A stretch of 32,664 bases of DNA from Lachnospiraceae bacterium (GCA_036721955.1 DAIMKA010000001.1:1-32664), one strand, 5' to 3'. Counted from the first letter of the stretch, positions 8,419-17,788 are shown. The notes: generated from the sequence alone by a model not told the origin. A program made the numbers and translations.

Positions 8419-8615
8419 AAATCCTGCCGGTGGCAGGGCTCGGGCAGCTGTCCGGGTGCATCGTGTTGATGTTTGGGTCTCACGCAATGAATCCTGCGAA
8501 CCGTGTCAGATCGGGAACGAAGCAGCACTAAGCAGATCCTTTCATGTGCCGTGAGGAAGCCTGGCGGAGCGATGTATCCGGTACCGTGCCCGGGTCCTTC
8601 CACCGGCAGGATTTT
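8419..8615 (+). ncRNA. ffs: Signal recognition particle RNA
   Basis: Domain IV GUCAGAUCGGGAACGAAGCAGC (canonical GUCAGGUCCGGAAGGAAGCAGC). Ends pair perfectly over 15 bp (AAAUCCUGCCGGUGG/CCACCGGCAGGAUUU). tadA-ffs synteny. Confidence 0.93.
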
Positions 8616-8637
8616 ATGTTACCGATGAGGCATAAAA

Positions 8638-9600
8638 ATGGATTTTTTTGATCTTACAAGCTGCCACCTCTGTCCGCGCAACTGCGGAGTCAACCGGGAG
8701 GCAGGAGAATCCGGCTTCTGCGGACTTCCAAAGGAAATCCGCGCTGCCCGGGCCGCGCTGTTATATTATGAAGAGCCCTGTATCTCCGGCTCATCCGGTT
8801 CCGGTGCCATTTTCTTCACCGGCTGCAACCTCGGCTGTGTTTTCTGTCAGAATACAGAGATTTCGTCCGGTCTTTGCGGCGGACCGTCTTCGTATGCAGG
8901 AGAACCGCTCGGTGCGGACCGCCTTTCGCAGATCATGCTGCAGCTTCAGGAAAAAGGAGCCTCCAACATCAACCTGGTGACGCCTTCTCACGTTCTGCAC
9001 GTTCTGATTCCCGCCCTGGAAAGGGCAAAGGCCCACGGACTCCGGATTCCGGTCGTGTACAACACTGCTTCCTATGAGAAACCGGAGGTTCTGCGTGCAC
9101 TGGATGGTCTGGTGGACATCTATCTTCCGGATCTCAAATATCACTCCGCGCAGCTTGCCGCCTCCTATTCCAAAGCTCCCGACTACTGGGAAACCGCCAC
9201 GGCCGCTATCGAAGAGATGGTCCGCCAGTGCCCTTCCCCCGTCTTCGAGGACGGCTCGTCCTCTCTTGATGAGGCCGATGACCGGGATGATCCTCTGATG
9301 ATGCACGGTGTCATCGTCCGCCATATGGTCATGCCCGGTCACGTGGAGGATTCCAGGGAAATTCTCCGCTACCTGCATACAACCTACGGAAACCGTATTT
9401 TCATCAGCATCATGAATCAGTATACGCCCATGCCGCAGTGTGCCGCCGACCCTCTTCTCTCCCGCCCGGTCACAAAAAAAGAATATGACGAAGTCACTGA
9501 CTTCGCCATATCCCTTGGCATCGAAAACGGCTTTCTGCAGGAGGACGGTACCATTTCCAAAAGCTTCATCCCTGCCTGGGACGGCACCGGCATCCTGTGA
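8638..9600 (+). CDS. Radical SAM protein, PflX-like (PFL-activating-enzyme-related)
   Basis: CHLCPRNCGVNR N-terminus, EEPCISG, FFTGCNLGCVFCQN (CxxxCxxC), NINLVTPSH, DIYLPDLKY, IVRHMVMPG. Confidence 0.9.
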   Translation: MDFFDLTSCHLCPRNCGVNREAGESGFCGLPKEIRAARAALLYYEEPCISGSSGSGAIFFTGCNLGCVFCQNTEISSGLCGGPSSYAGEPLGADRLSQIMLQLQEKGASNINLVTPSHVLHVLIPALERAKAHGLRIPVVYNTASYEKPEVLRALDGLVDIYLPDLKYHSAQLAASYSKAPDYWETATAAIEEMVRQCPSPVFEDGSSSLDEADDRDDPLMMHGVIVRHMVMPGHVEDSREILRYLHTTYGNRIFISIMNQYTPMPQCAADPLLSRPVTKKEYDEVTDFAISLGIENGFLQEDGTISKSFIPAWDGTGIL

Positions 9601-9609
9601 GAAATCGAA

Positions 9610-10698
9610 TCAATATTCCTTCGCGTCCAGATATTTCAGATAGTTGATCACCATCAGAGAAATCTTGAAACGGAGCGCATCATCAAAGTTCCGGATATCC
9701 AGTCCGGTCTGCTTCTGCAGCTTCTCAATCCGGTAGACCAGCGTGTTGCGGTGAATGAACAGCTGCCGGGAAGTCTCGGACACATTCAGATTGTTCTCGA
9801 AGAAGCAGTTGATCGTGGAGAGCGTCTCCGCATCCAGATCATCCGGGACCTCATCGCCGAATACTTCATGAATGAATACGTTGCACAAATTGGAAGGCAG
9901 CTGATAGATCAGTCTGCCGATGCCGAGCTGATTGTAGGAATTGACCATCTTCTCGGCATTGAAGATCTTGCCGACATCCATCGCCATTCTCGCTTCCTTA
10001 TAAGAGCGCGAAATGTTCTTCAAATCCGTCACAATAGATCCATAGGAAGCGCGGACCTTCAGCATTGCCTCCGTGTTCAGCATGTCAACTGCCACCGTGG
10101 CTGCTTCCTCCAGCTGATCATAGGATTCCGCTGTTTCAACCGCCTTGATGATAATCACGCTCGTCTCATCGACTTCCGTCAGATAGTCGCCGTTGTGTGC
10201 GGTGAAAATACTCCCCAGGAGCTCACTTGCCGATGTCTCTCCATCTGACTCCAGTTCTACCAGAATGATGGCACGCGGTACCTGATAATTGATGTGCAGC
10301 TTTCTCGCGCGGTTGTGAATATCCACCAGAAGAAGATTGTCGAGAAGCAGGTTCTGGAAGAAATTGTTCCGGTCGTATTTCTCGCGGTAGGCAACCATCA
10401 GGTTCTGGATCTCACTGACGGCGATGCGGGCAATCATCAGCGTGTGATCTCCGTCTCCGATTGCCGTCAGGACATAGGCAGTGTCCTCCTCGTCACGGAT
10501 TTTCAGCAGATAATGATTGCCGACAATCTGGCTGTCCACGGAGGACTTCGCAAAGCCGGACACCATGTCCGCTGCCGGAATTTCCGCTCCCTGCGTCATT
10601 GCAAACAGGCCGCCGTTCACATCCTGCATGCAGAACTCCACCTTCGAAATGGAAGTGAGTTCTTCCAGGCAACTCTTAACAATCTGTGATGATAGCAT
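9610..10698 (-). CDS. CdaR/PucR family transcriptional regulator
   Basis: C-terminal HTH FFENNLNVSETSRQLFIHRNTLVYRIEKLQKQTGLD, preceded by a GGDEF-like middle domain. Confidence 0.93.
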   Translation of the reverse strand: MLSSQIVKSCLEELTSISKVEFCMQDVNGGLFAMTQGAEIPAADMVSGFAKSSVDSQIVGNHYLLKIRDEEDTAYVLTAIGDGDHTLMIARIAVSEIQNLMVAYREKYDRNNFFQNLLLDNLLLVDIHNRARKLHINYQVPRAIILVELESDGETSASELLGSIFTAHNGDYLTEVDETSVIIIKAVETAESYDQLEEAATVAVDMLNTEAMLKVRASYGSIVTDLKNISRSYKEARMAMDVGKIFNAEKMVNSYNQLGIGRLIYQLPSNLCNVFIHEVFGDEVPDDLDAETLSTINCFFENNLNVSETSRQLFIHRNTLVYRIEKLQKQTGLDIRNFDDALRFKISLMVINYLKYLDAKEY

Positions 10699-10861
10699 GT
10701 ATGTTCCCTTCTCCCCGCAGAATCATCTCTGTTCCCTGTGCCGGCAGGGAATTTCGTCATTCCTGTCTCTTTCGTCTGCTGTTTTCCGCGAGGTCTCATT
10801 TTGCGCAGACCAAACCCGCCTAAAAACGGATTTTTCGTTCATTATGATTACCTGTTGAAAT

Positions 10862-10890
10862 ATTCTACGCGCTCATTTTGTTAAAAACAA
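10862..10890 (-). promoter_or_regulatory. Putative sigma-A promoter of the CdaR-family gene
   Basis: Minus strand TTGTTT, 17-nt spacer, TAGAAT, with AT-rich sequence upstream. Confidence 0.55.
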
Positions 10891-10966
10891 CTCAATTTTT
10901 GTTTTTTACTTCTGTTTCATACTCATTTCATAATTTGAGCAGTCCGAACGTGCCGCATCGCTGCTC

Positions 10967-11001
10967 AAAAAGAAAGAGGTATGCAGATGCACACCTCTTT
11001 C
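10967..11001 (-). terminator. Rho-independent terminator of the ABC ATPase gene
   Basis: Minus strand GAAAGAGGUGUGC-AUCU-GCAUACCUCUUUC followed by UUUUU, 26 nt after the stop codon. Confidence 0.85.
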
Positions 11002-11027
11002 GATCATTTCATCATTCTGCCTGCAGA

Positions 11028-12140
11028 TTAGTTGCAGATAGTCTTCTCGGTTTCCTTATCGAATACGTGAACCTTCTCCGTATCGATTGCGAACTCAACC
11101 TCAGATCCCGGACGAGCGGTGGTCTTGGGATCAACGCGGGCGGTAACCGGAGTCTCGTTGACATCGAAGTACAGGAATACTTCTGCACCGAGCAGCTCGT
11201 ATACGTTAACCTTTGCCTTGAAGATTGCGTTGGACTTTGCCAGATCATCCGGATGATCGGAAAGGTTCTCAGGACGAATACCCATAACAACGGTCTTTCC
11301 GTCATAGCCGCCATCGATCAGAGCCTTGGACTTCTCAGCGTTAAGCGGAACGGTAACAGCATTGCCGATCTGCAGGGATGCCTGCGCGCCGTTTACCTTA
11401 ACAGTAGCATCCAGGAAGTTCATCTGCGGAGATCCCATGAATCCTGCTACGAACAGGTTGCAGGGAAGATCATACAGATGCTGAGGAGTATCTACCTGCT
11501 GAACAACACCGTCCTTCATAACAACGATTCTGGTACCAAGCGTCATAGCCTCGGTCTGGTCGTGTGTTACGTAGATGATGGTGGTGCCCAGTCTCTGGTG
11601 AAGCTTTGCGATCTCAGATCTCATCTGAACACGCAGCTTTGCATCCAGGTTGGAAAGAGGCTCATCCATCAGGAATACCTTAGGATTACGAACGATTGCA
11701 CGTCCCATTGCAACACGCTGTCTCTGGCCGCCGGAAAGAGCCTTCGGCTTGCGATCCAGGAGGTTGGTCAGATCCAGGATCTTCGCTGCATTGCGAACCA
11801 TCTTGTCGATCTCGTCCTTCGGAACCTTGCGGAGCTTCAGTCCGAATGCCATGTTATCGTAAACCGTCATGTGCGGATACAGAGCGTAGTTCTGGAATAC
11901 CATTGCGATATCACGATCCTTCGGCTCTACATCGTTCATAACCTTGCCGTCGATCTTAAGGGTACCGGAGGAGATATCTTCCAGACCTGCGATCATACGA
12001 AGGGTGGTGGACTTTCCGCATCCGGAAGGTCCTACGAAGATGATGAACTCCTTATCTTCGATATCAAGATTGAAATCCTTAACTGCCTCGAAGCCGTTGG
12101 GATACTTCTTATAGATGTGCTCCAAATTAAGACTTGCCAT
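11028..12140 (-). CDS. msmX: Multiple-sugar ABC transporter ATP-binding protein (MsmX/MsmK/UgpC family)
   Basis: GPSGCGKSTTLRMIAGLE, VFQNYALYPHM, LSGGQRQRVAMGRA, DEPLSNLDAKLR and a C-terminal TOBE region. Start MASLNL at 12140 after AGGAGG. No permease genes adjacent. Confidence 0.93.
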   Translation of the reverse strand: MASLNLEHIYKKYPNGFEAVKDFNLDIEDKEFIIFVGPSGCGKSTTLRMIAGLEDISSGTLKIDGKVMNDVEPKDRDIAMVFQNYALYPHMTVYDNMAFGLKLRKVPKDEIDKMVRNAAKILDLTNLLDRKPKALSGGQRQRVAMGRAIVRNPKVFLMDEPLSNLDAKLRVQMRSEIAKLHQRLGTTIIYVTHDQTEAMTLGTRIVVMKDGVVQQVDTPQHLYDLPCNLFVAGFMGSPQMNFLDATVKVNGAQASLQIGNAVTVPLNAEKSKALIDGGYDGKTVVMGIRPENLSDHPDDLAKSNAIFKAKVNVYELLGAEVFLYFDVNETPVTARVDPKTTARPGSEVEFAIDTEKVHVFDKETEKTICN

Positions 12141-12446
12141 TTCATAACCTCCTGTTGGTGCGGAAGCTTCCTTCCGCTTTTCACGACTGTATTTAGTATA
12201 TGAGAAAGCCCCCTCCCTTACCATCACCTAAATCCACAAAAAAACCGGAAATTCCTTGGCAATAGTACGGAAAGGGGCCTCCCCCGGTACCGTCTTTGTT
12301 GATGTTGTTCAAGGTTCGCAGGACTCCACTGGGCATATTACCCAATTCCCGGAATTCTCTCCTTTTTCAGGGGCAAAAGGCCCCCGGAGCATCCTGTTTT
12401 GCCTGCATTGTTCGGCATTTCGCCACTGCCGGCTTTTTACCTCCGG

Positions 12447-13145
12447 CTACTTGTTCTCGCTCAGAATGCGGTAAGCTTCTTCCTTCTCCGCTTCGTCCTC
12501 TTCCCCGGTCGGCTCCTCTTTTTCCGGCTCAAACCGTGCGAACGGCTTGCTGGCCAGAAGGCAGGTCACATAACCCGGCGCAGTGAATCCGAACAGAACC
12601 ACCAGCGGGAAAATCTGGGGAACCAGAAGGAGCGACAGAACCGCCAGCGCAGCAGACGCTGCCCAGATTCCGCCCATTCCGAGAGTCCTCGGGAAGTTGG
12701 CAATTGCCATCAAGGCCGAATTCTTGAAGGTTGTCCTGACGTTATTGACAAAATGGCTCTGAAGCGGGAAAACCCACTGCAGCAGAAGATACAGAATGAT
12801 GGTCACCGCAATCACCAGATACCGGATTGCCTTCGGGAAGGTGTCCGGCGCCTGATGGAACATCAGAAGATCGAGCGCCAGCACGATGATCAGTACCAGC
12901 ATAATCAGCCACTCGCCGGTTGCCTGTTTGAAATTCTCCTTAAACTGCTTAAAAAACGGGCGGACCGTATACCCTTCTTCCTTCCTCGCCCATTTCAGCT
13001 CCACATAGTACATGGCAGACAATGCCGGGCCTGCTGTGAACACCGGAATGCACAAGAGCAGGGTGAGCAGATTCAGAATCATCATGTCGGCGATACGAGA
13101 CAGGGCCCGCATCACCGGGCTCTCAAGATCAAAAAACTTTCCCAC
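12447..13145 (-). CDS. YesL/DUF624 family membrane protein
   Basis: FFDLESPVMRALSRIADMMILNLL...IPVFTAGPALSAMYYV...FFKQFKENFKQAT and several hydrophobic helices; likely GTG start at 13145. Confidence 0.88.
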   Translation of the reverse strand: MGKFFDLESPVMRALSRIADMMILNLLTLLLCIPVFTAGPALSAMYYVELKWARKEEGYTVRPFFKQFKENFKQATGEWLIMLVLIIVLALDLLMFHQAPDTFPKAIRYLVIAVTIILYLLLQWVFPLQSHFVNNVRTTFKNSALMAIANFPRTLGMGGIWAASAALAVLSLLLVPQIFPLVVLFGFTAPGYVTCLLASKPFARFEPEKEEPTGEEDEAEKEEAYRILSENK

Positions 13146-13304
13146 TTCTTTTCCCTTTCCTGCCGCAGCTTTTCTGCGGCACTGCGGGGAGAATCTGTTC
13201 TCCGCCGCCTCTTCGGTTCCTGCACACTGTCTCCCGCCCTCATGAGAAATCAGCATTCTGACAGATTCCGCGATTCTCCGGCCGCATGCTGCAGCCGTTT
13301 CCGG

Positions 13305-13871
13305 TCACGATCTGTCTCCCGTCACAAGTCCGTCCAGGAAGCTCTGAATCTGTTCCCGGATCATCCGTCGCAGACTTTTCCTGCCTTTCTCCGCTTCTGT
13401 CCGGACCGCGTCGCCGACCGCCTTCGTTGCGTTCTCTCCGGCCTCGCTGACCTTCTGCGTCACCGCGTCCCAGGCAGTGTCCTTCGCACTGTCAATCGCA
13501 TCCACCACCTTCGGATCCTTTGTAATTTCCGACCAGATCAGGATCGGGGAGAGTCCCATCTCCTGCAGCTGGTCCAGTGCCTCCAGAAGGTACCGCTTCT
13601 CCCTGGCAATGCCGGAATCCGCGGAATTCCCGGCTGCTGCCTGCGTATCCGTATCTGTATCGGCCGCCGTGTCTGCATCCCCTGCAGGAATGTCTGTATC
13701 CGCATCGGCGGACGCGCCATCTGTATCTGCGGCCGTGTCCTTTTCCGGAATGTCGGACCAGCCGGATGTCTCCGCAGCCAGCGCCTTCGCCGGCGCAGTG
13801 CTCCCTGCAAGGCAGGCAGCAGTCAGGACGGCGCAGAGGATTGCCTCAGCAGATCTCGCCGCCATCCGCAA
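13305..13871 (-). CDS. Hypothetical exported protein with Asp/Thr/Ala-rich linker
   Basis: Signal-peptide-like N-terminus ending AKALA, ADTD-type low-complexity segment, helical C-terminus. Start (TTG 13871 or ATG 13865) overlaps the end of metG. Confidence 0.6.
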   Translation of the reverse strand: MRMAARSAEAILCAVLTAACLAGSTAPAKALAAETSGWSDIPEKDTAADTDGASADADTDIPAGDADTAADTDTDTQAAAGNSADSGIAREKRYLLEALDQLQEMGLSPILIWSEITKDPKVVDAIDSAKDTAWDAVTQKVSEAGENATKAVGDAVRTEAEKGRKSLRRMIREQIQSFLDGLVTGDRS

Positions 13872-15858
13872 TGTCCTTATCCGCTTCCGGAGTCATCAGA
13901 GCAAGCTTTCCGTCCGCGTCCTCCGCACACAGGAGCATGCCCTCCGACAGAACTCCCGCAAGCTTTGCCGGCTTCAGGTTGCAGACAACCGCAACCTTCT
14001 TCCCGACCATCTCTTCCGGCTCATAGTACTTGTGAATACCGGAAACAATCTGGCGTGTCTCACTGCCGATGCGAACCTGGGAGCACAGAAGCTTCTTCGA
14101 TCCCTTGACCGCCTCGCACTTCACGATCTGTCCGACGCGCAGCTCCACCCTGCCGAAATCATCAATGGAAATGGTTTCCTTGTGCTGCAGGGTCTTCGTT
14201 TCCTCCGCCGCGCTTCCTTCCTTCTTGCTGTCACCCTTTTCTCCGCGTGCGGCTGCCGCGGCAGCCTCCGCCTTCTGCTTCTCCACGATGACCGCAACCT
14301 TCTTCATGACTTCCTTCTCATCCAGCCTTGCGAAAAGGATCTCCGGATTCTCCGTCACCTTGTTCCCGGACGGATACAGCCCGAACGTCTCCAGCGTGTC
14401 AAAATCACGCAGCTTCGTATTCAGCTGCTCCGCGATCCGGTCCGCCGTATCCGGCATAAACGGAGCAAGGAGCGAAGTTCCCATGATGATGCCTTCGGTC
14501 AGATTGTACAGAACCGTAGCAAGACGGTCCTTTTTCGCCTCGTCTTTGGCAAGTGCCCAGGGCTCCGTCTCATCAATGTACTTGTTCAGTCTCTTGAAGA
14601 CCGCGAAGATCTCCTTCAGAGCGTCCGCCACGCGAAGCTCCGCCATGTCTTCCTCCACCTTCGCATACGCGCCGGTCACCACGGCCTTGAGTTCTCCGTC
14701 CACTGCCTCCTCTGCGCCGCGGTTCTCCACCACGCCGCCGAAGTACTTGTTGCTCATGGAGATGGTTCTCTTTACCAGATTGCCCAGCGTATTGGCAAGA
14801 TCCGAATTGATCCGCTCCACGCACAGCTCCCAGGTAATCACGCCGTCGTTCTCATACGGCATCTCATGCAGAACGAAATAGCGGACCGCGTCCACGCCGA
14901 ACAGCTCCGCCATGTCATCCGCATAGATGACATTGCCCTTGGACTTTGACATCTTCTCGCCGCCCTGCAGGAGCCACGGATGACCGAAAACCTGCTTCGG
15001 CAGCGGCTCTCCCAGCGCCATCAGGAAAATCGGCCAGTAAATCGTATGGAAGCGGATGATGTCCTTGCCGATCAGATGAAGATCCGCCGGCCAGTACTTT
15101 TTATACAGATCCGAAGAATTCCCATCCGCATCGTACCCGATTCCGGTGATATAGTTGGTCAGCGCGTCCAGCCACACATAGACCACGTGCTTCGGATCAA
15201 AATCAACCGGAATGCCCCACTTGAAGCTCGTGCGGGACACGCACAGATCCTGAAGACCCGGCAGAAGGAAATTGTTCATCATCTCATTCTTGCGGGACTG
15301 CGGCTGAATGAACTCCGGATGCTCGTTGATGTAATCGATCAGCCGCTGTGCATACTTCTGCATCCGAAAGAAGTATGCGTTTTCGTTCTCTTCATGCACG
15401 GTTCCGCCGCAGACCGGGCACTTGTCCCCGTCCACAATCTGGGAAGGCGTATAGAATGCCTCGCATTCCGTGCAGTACATTCCCTTGTACTGGCCCAGAT
15501 AGATGTCTCCCTGATCATACAGTTTCTTGAAAATCTTCTGGACCTGTCTCTCGTGGTCCTCATCCGTCGTGCGGATGAAGCGGTCATAGGAGGTATTCAT
15601 CAGATCCCAGATCCGCTTGATCTCTCCTGCGGTCTCATCGACGAACTCCTTCGGGGTCTTGCCCGCCTGCGCAGCCCGCTCCTCGATCTTCTGACCGTGC
15701 TCATCCGACCCGGTCTGGAAATATACATCATAGCCGTCCGCGCGCTTGTAGCGGGCAATGCTGTCCGCCATGATGATCTCGTATGTGTTGCCGATATGAG
15801 GCTTGCCCGACGTATAGGCAATGGCAGTTGTGATGTAATAAGGTCCTTTATTCTGCAT
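13846..15858 (-). CDS. metG: Methionine--tRNA ligase with C-terminal tRNA-binding domain
   Basis: YYITTAIAY, PHIGN, zinc knuckle CTEC...CPVC, YVWLDALTNY, KMSKS, and C-terminal OB fold (RQIVSGI, NLKPAKLAGVLSEGMLL). Confidence 0.98.
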   Translation of the reverse strand: MQNKGPYYITTAIAYTSGKPHIGNTYEIIMADSIARYKRADGYDVYFQTGSDEHGQKIEERAAQAGKTPKEFVDETAGEIKRIWDLMNTSYDRFIRTTDEDHERQVQKIFKKLYDQGDIYLGQYKGMYCTECEAFYTPSQIVDGDKCPVCGGTVHEENENAYFFRMQKYAQRLIDYINEHPEFIQPQSRKNEMMNNFLLPGLQDLCVSRTSFKWGIPVDFDPKHVVYVWLDALTNYITGIGYDADGNSSDLYKKYWPADLHLIGKDIIRFHTIYWPIFLMALGEPLPKQVFGHPWLLQGGEKMSKSKGNVIYADDMAELFGVDAVRYFVLHEMPYENDGVITWELCVERINSDLANTLGNLVKRTISMSNKYFGGVVENRGAEEAVDGELKAVVTGAYAKVEEDMAELRVADALKEIFAVFKRLNKYIDETEPWALAKDEAKKDRLATVLYNLTEGIIMGTSLLAPFMPDTADRIAEQLNTKLRDFDTLETFGLYPSGNKVTENPEILFARLDEKEVMKKVAVIVEKQKAEAAAAAARGEKGDSKKEGSAAEETKTLQHKETISIDDFGRVELRVGQIVKCEAVKGSKKLLCSQVRIGSETRQIVSGIHKYYEPEEMVGKKVAVVCNLKPAKLAGVLSEGMLLCAEDADGKLALMTPEADKDIADGGEIC

Positions 15859-15878
15859 TCCATTCTCCTTGTTCTACC

Positions 15879-15986
15879 CCGCACTCGGCAAAATCCGTAA
15901 AGGCGGTTTTGCCGAGTGCGGCAGCCGGTGCGCCAGCACCGATGCTGCAGTTTGAAAGTGACATATCGATGTCACTTTCAAACTGC
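15879..15986. repeat. Three abutting inverted repeats (REP-like cluster)
   Basis: 15-bp perfect arms at 15879-15893/15907-15921; interrupted 11-bp stem at 15921-15948; 18-bp perfect arms GCAGTTTGAAAGTGACAT-ATCG-ATGTCACTTTCAAACTGC at 15947-15986. Confidence 0.85.
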
Positions 15987-15991
15987 TTCTC

Positions 15992-16876
15992 TTACCAGGT
16001 CAGGACGTCGCAGCCGTCCTCCGTGACGAGCACCTGCACCTCTCTTTGTGCCGAGGGCTTTCCATCCGCGGTATAGATGGACCAGCCGTTTCCTTCATCC
16101 TGGAAAATTTCATCCGTTCCCATGTTCACCATCGGTTCAATGGTAAAGCACATGCCGGGCACCATCAGCATCTCCGTGCCGGGCAGGGAGACATAGCTGA
16201 CATACGGATCCTCATGGAATTCCAGTCCGCAGCCATGTCCTCCGATCTCCTTGACCACCGAGTAGCCGTTCTCCAGCGCATGCTGATGAACCGCATTCCC
16301 CATGTCCCCGAGGAAGGTCCAGGGCTTTACATTCCGAATGCCGATCTCCACGCACTCATTGGTGACCTGCACCAGCTTCTTCCAGTCATCCCGGACATTT
16401 CCGATCATGAACATGCGGGAAGAATCCGAAAAATATCCGTTCAGGATGGTGGAGCAGTCCACATTGACGATATCGCCGTCCTTCAGAATCACGTCCCTGC
16501 TGGGAATGCCGTGGCAGACCTGATCATTGACCGACGTGCAGACGCTCTTGGGGTAGCCTTCATAATGAAGATCCGCCGGAATTCCGCCCATTTTTACGGT
16601 AGTGTTGTACACAATATCATCTATTTCCTGCGTTGTCATGCCTTCGTGGATTTTTTCCGCGATTTCATCCAGAACCGCAATGTTGATCTTCGCGCTCGCC
16701 TTGATTCCTTCCACATCCTTCGGGGTCTTGATGATGCTTCTGTCCGGAACGACATATCCCTGCAGCTCGTACTCACGGATTCTCTCGTCAAAATCCATGT
16801 GACAGTTCTTGTATTTTTTACCGCTTCCGCACCAGCATGGGGCGTTGCGGTCAATTTTGGTCATGTGCTGTGCCAT
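15992..16876 (-). CDS. map: Methionine aminopeptidase type I with N-terminal SEC-C motif
   Basis: RNAPCWCGSGKKYKNCH (SEC-C), YPKSVCTSVNDQVCHGIP, GDIVNVD, GHGCGLEFHE, FTIEPMVN. Start trimmed to 16876 (16864 also possible). Confidence 0.95.
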   Translation of the reverse strand: MAQHMTKIDRNAPCWCGSGKKYKNCHMDFDERIREYELQGYVVPDRSIIKTPKDVEGIKASAKINIAVLDEIAEKIHEGMTTQEIDDIVYNTTVKMGGIPADLHYEGYPKSVCTSVNDQVCHGIPSRDVILKDGDIVNVDCSTILNGYFSDSSRMFMIGNVRDDWKKLVQVTNECVEIGIRNVKPWTFLGDMGNAVHQHALENGYSVVKEIGGHGCGLEFHEDPYVSYVSLPGTEMLMVPGMCFTIEPMVNMGTDEIFQDEGNGWSIYTADGKPSAQREVQVLVTEDGCDVLTW

Positions 16877-16946
16877 TTTCAGATATCCTTTCTGCAGCGG
16901 CCTTGTCCTCTTCCGGGTTCGTCCCTCCCGAAAGCCGTCCGCATCT

Positions 16947-17630
16947 TTATTTGCCGAGTTCTTCACAGCCTTCCTTGCGCTGCCGGAAATGGTTCATGAA
17001 GAATTCCGTATTGTCCTCAATGTCTCCGTGATAAATCGCGGAACCCGCCACAATGACATTCGCTCCCGCATTCAGAACCACATCGACATTCCCGCGGACA
17101 ATGCCGCCGTCCACTTCAATGTCCGTATCCAGATTCAGGCTGTTGAGCATCGCCCGTGCCTCCCGGATCTTGCGGGTACTGGTTTCGATATACTTCTGCC
17201 CGCCGAACCCCGGCTCGACCGTCATGATCAGCAGCATGTCAATCCGCTCCAGATAAGGAAAAACCTCCTGAATCGGCGTCGACGGCTTCAATGCGAGTCC
17301 GACACGCTTTCCCTGCTCGCGGATGGCTGCGATCACTGCTCCGACATCCGGAGTCGCCTCCATATGAAACGTAATCCCATCCGCTCCGCAGTCCGCGAAA
17401 TTCTGGATGTACCGCTCCGGATCCTTCACCATCAGATGTACATCGAAGAACTGGTCTGTATTACTCCGGATGCTCCGGATCACCGGCATTCCGAATGAGA
17501 TCGACGGAACAAAGACGCCGTCCATCACATCAATGTGCACCCAGGGAGCACCTGCCTCGCGGGTCGCCGCGATCTCCTGACCGAGGCAGTTGAAGTCTGC
17601 AGCAAGAATGGAGGGAGACAGCTTAATCAT
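16947..17630 (-). CDS. rpe: Ribulose-phosphate 3-epimerase
   Basis: LSPSILAADF, HIDVMDGVFVP, DVHLMV, MTVEPGFGGQ, IEVDGG. ATG 17630 follows AGGTGA. Confidence 0.96.
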   Translation of the reverse strand: MIKLSPSILAADFNCLGQEIAATREAGAPWVHIDVMDGVFVPSISFGMPVIRSIRSNTDQFFDVHLMVKDPERYIQNFADCGADGITFHMEATPDVGAVIAAIREQGKRVGLALKPSTPIQEVFPYLERIDMLLIMTVEPGFGGQKYIETSTRKIREARAMLNSLNLDTDIEVDGGIVRGNVDVVLNAGANVIVAGSAIYHGDIEDNTEFFMNHFRQRKEGCEELGK

Positions 17631-17788
17631 TTCGATCACCTGTAGGACACGCCCTTGTGCCCTGAAAAAACGGATGTCTCTGCGGACACCGGTTGCCTTT
17701 CAAATGCCCGGGGCTCCTGTGACAGAGTCCCGGGCCGTTATTCCATTCACGCACGGCACGGCATTTTGTCTGCCGCGTGTCTGTTCTC

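Noticed and set aside
8277..8603. 108-aa minus-strand ORF in the tadA-pflX gap
   Set aside because: The region is explained by the SRP RNA and its promoter.
10878..14949. Long plus-strand ORFs 10878..12203, 12399..14108 and 13477..14949
   Set aside because: All lie opposite well-supported minus-strand genes and have shadow-like composition.
15879..15986. Possible CRISPR array or T-box leader
   Set aside because: The palindromes are not direct repeats of each other, there are no spacers or cas genes, and there is no T-box consensus or terminator.
17706..17737. GC-rich hairpin between transketolase and rpe
   Set aside because: No U-tract on the coding strand and possibly a chance stem in GC-rich DNA; not called as a terminator.
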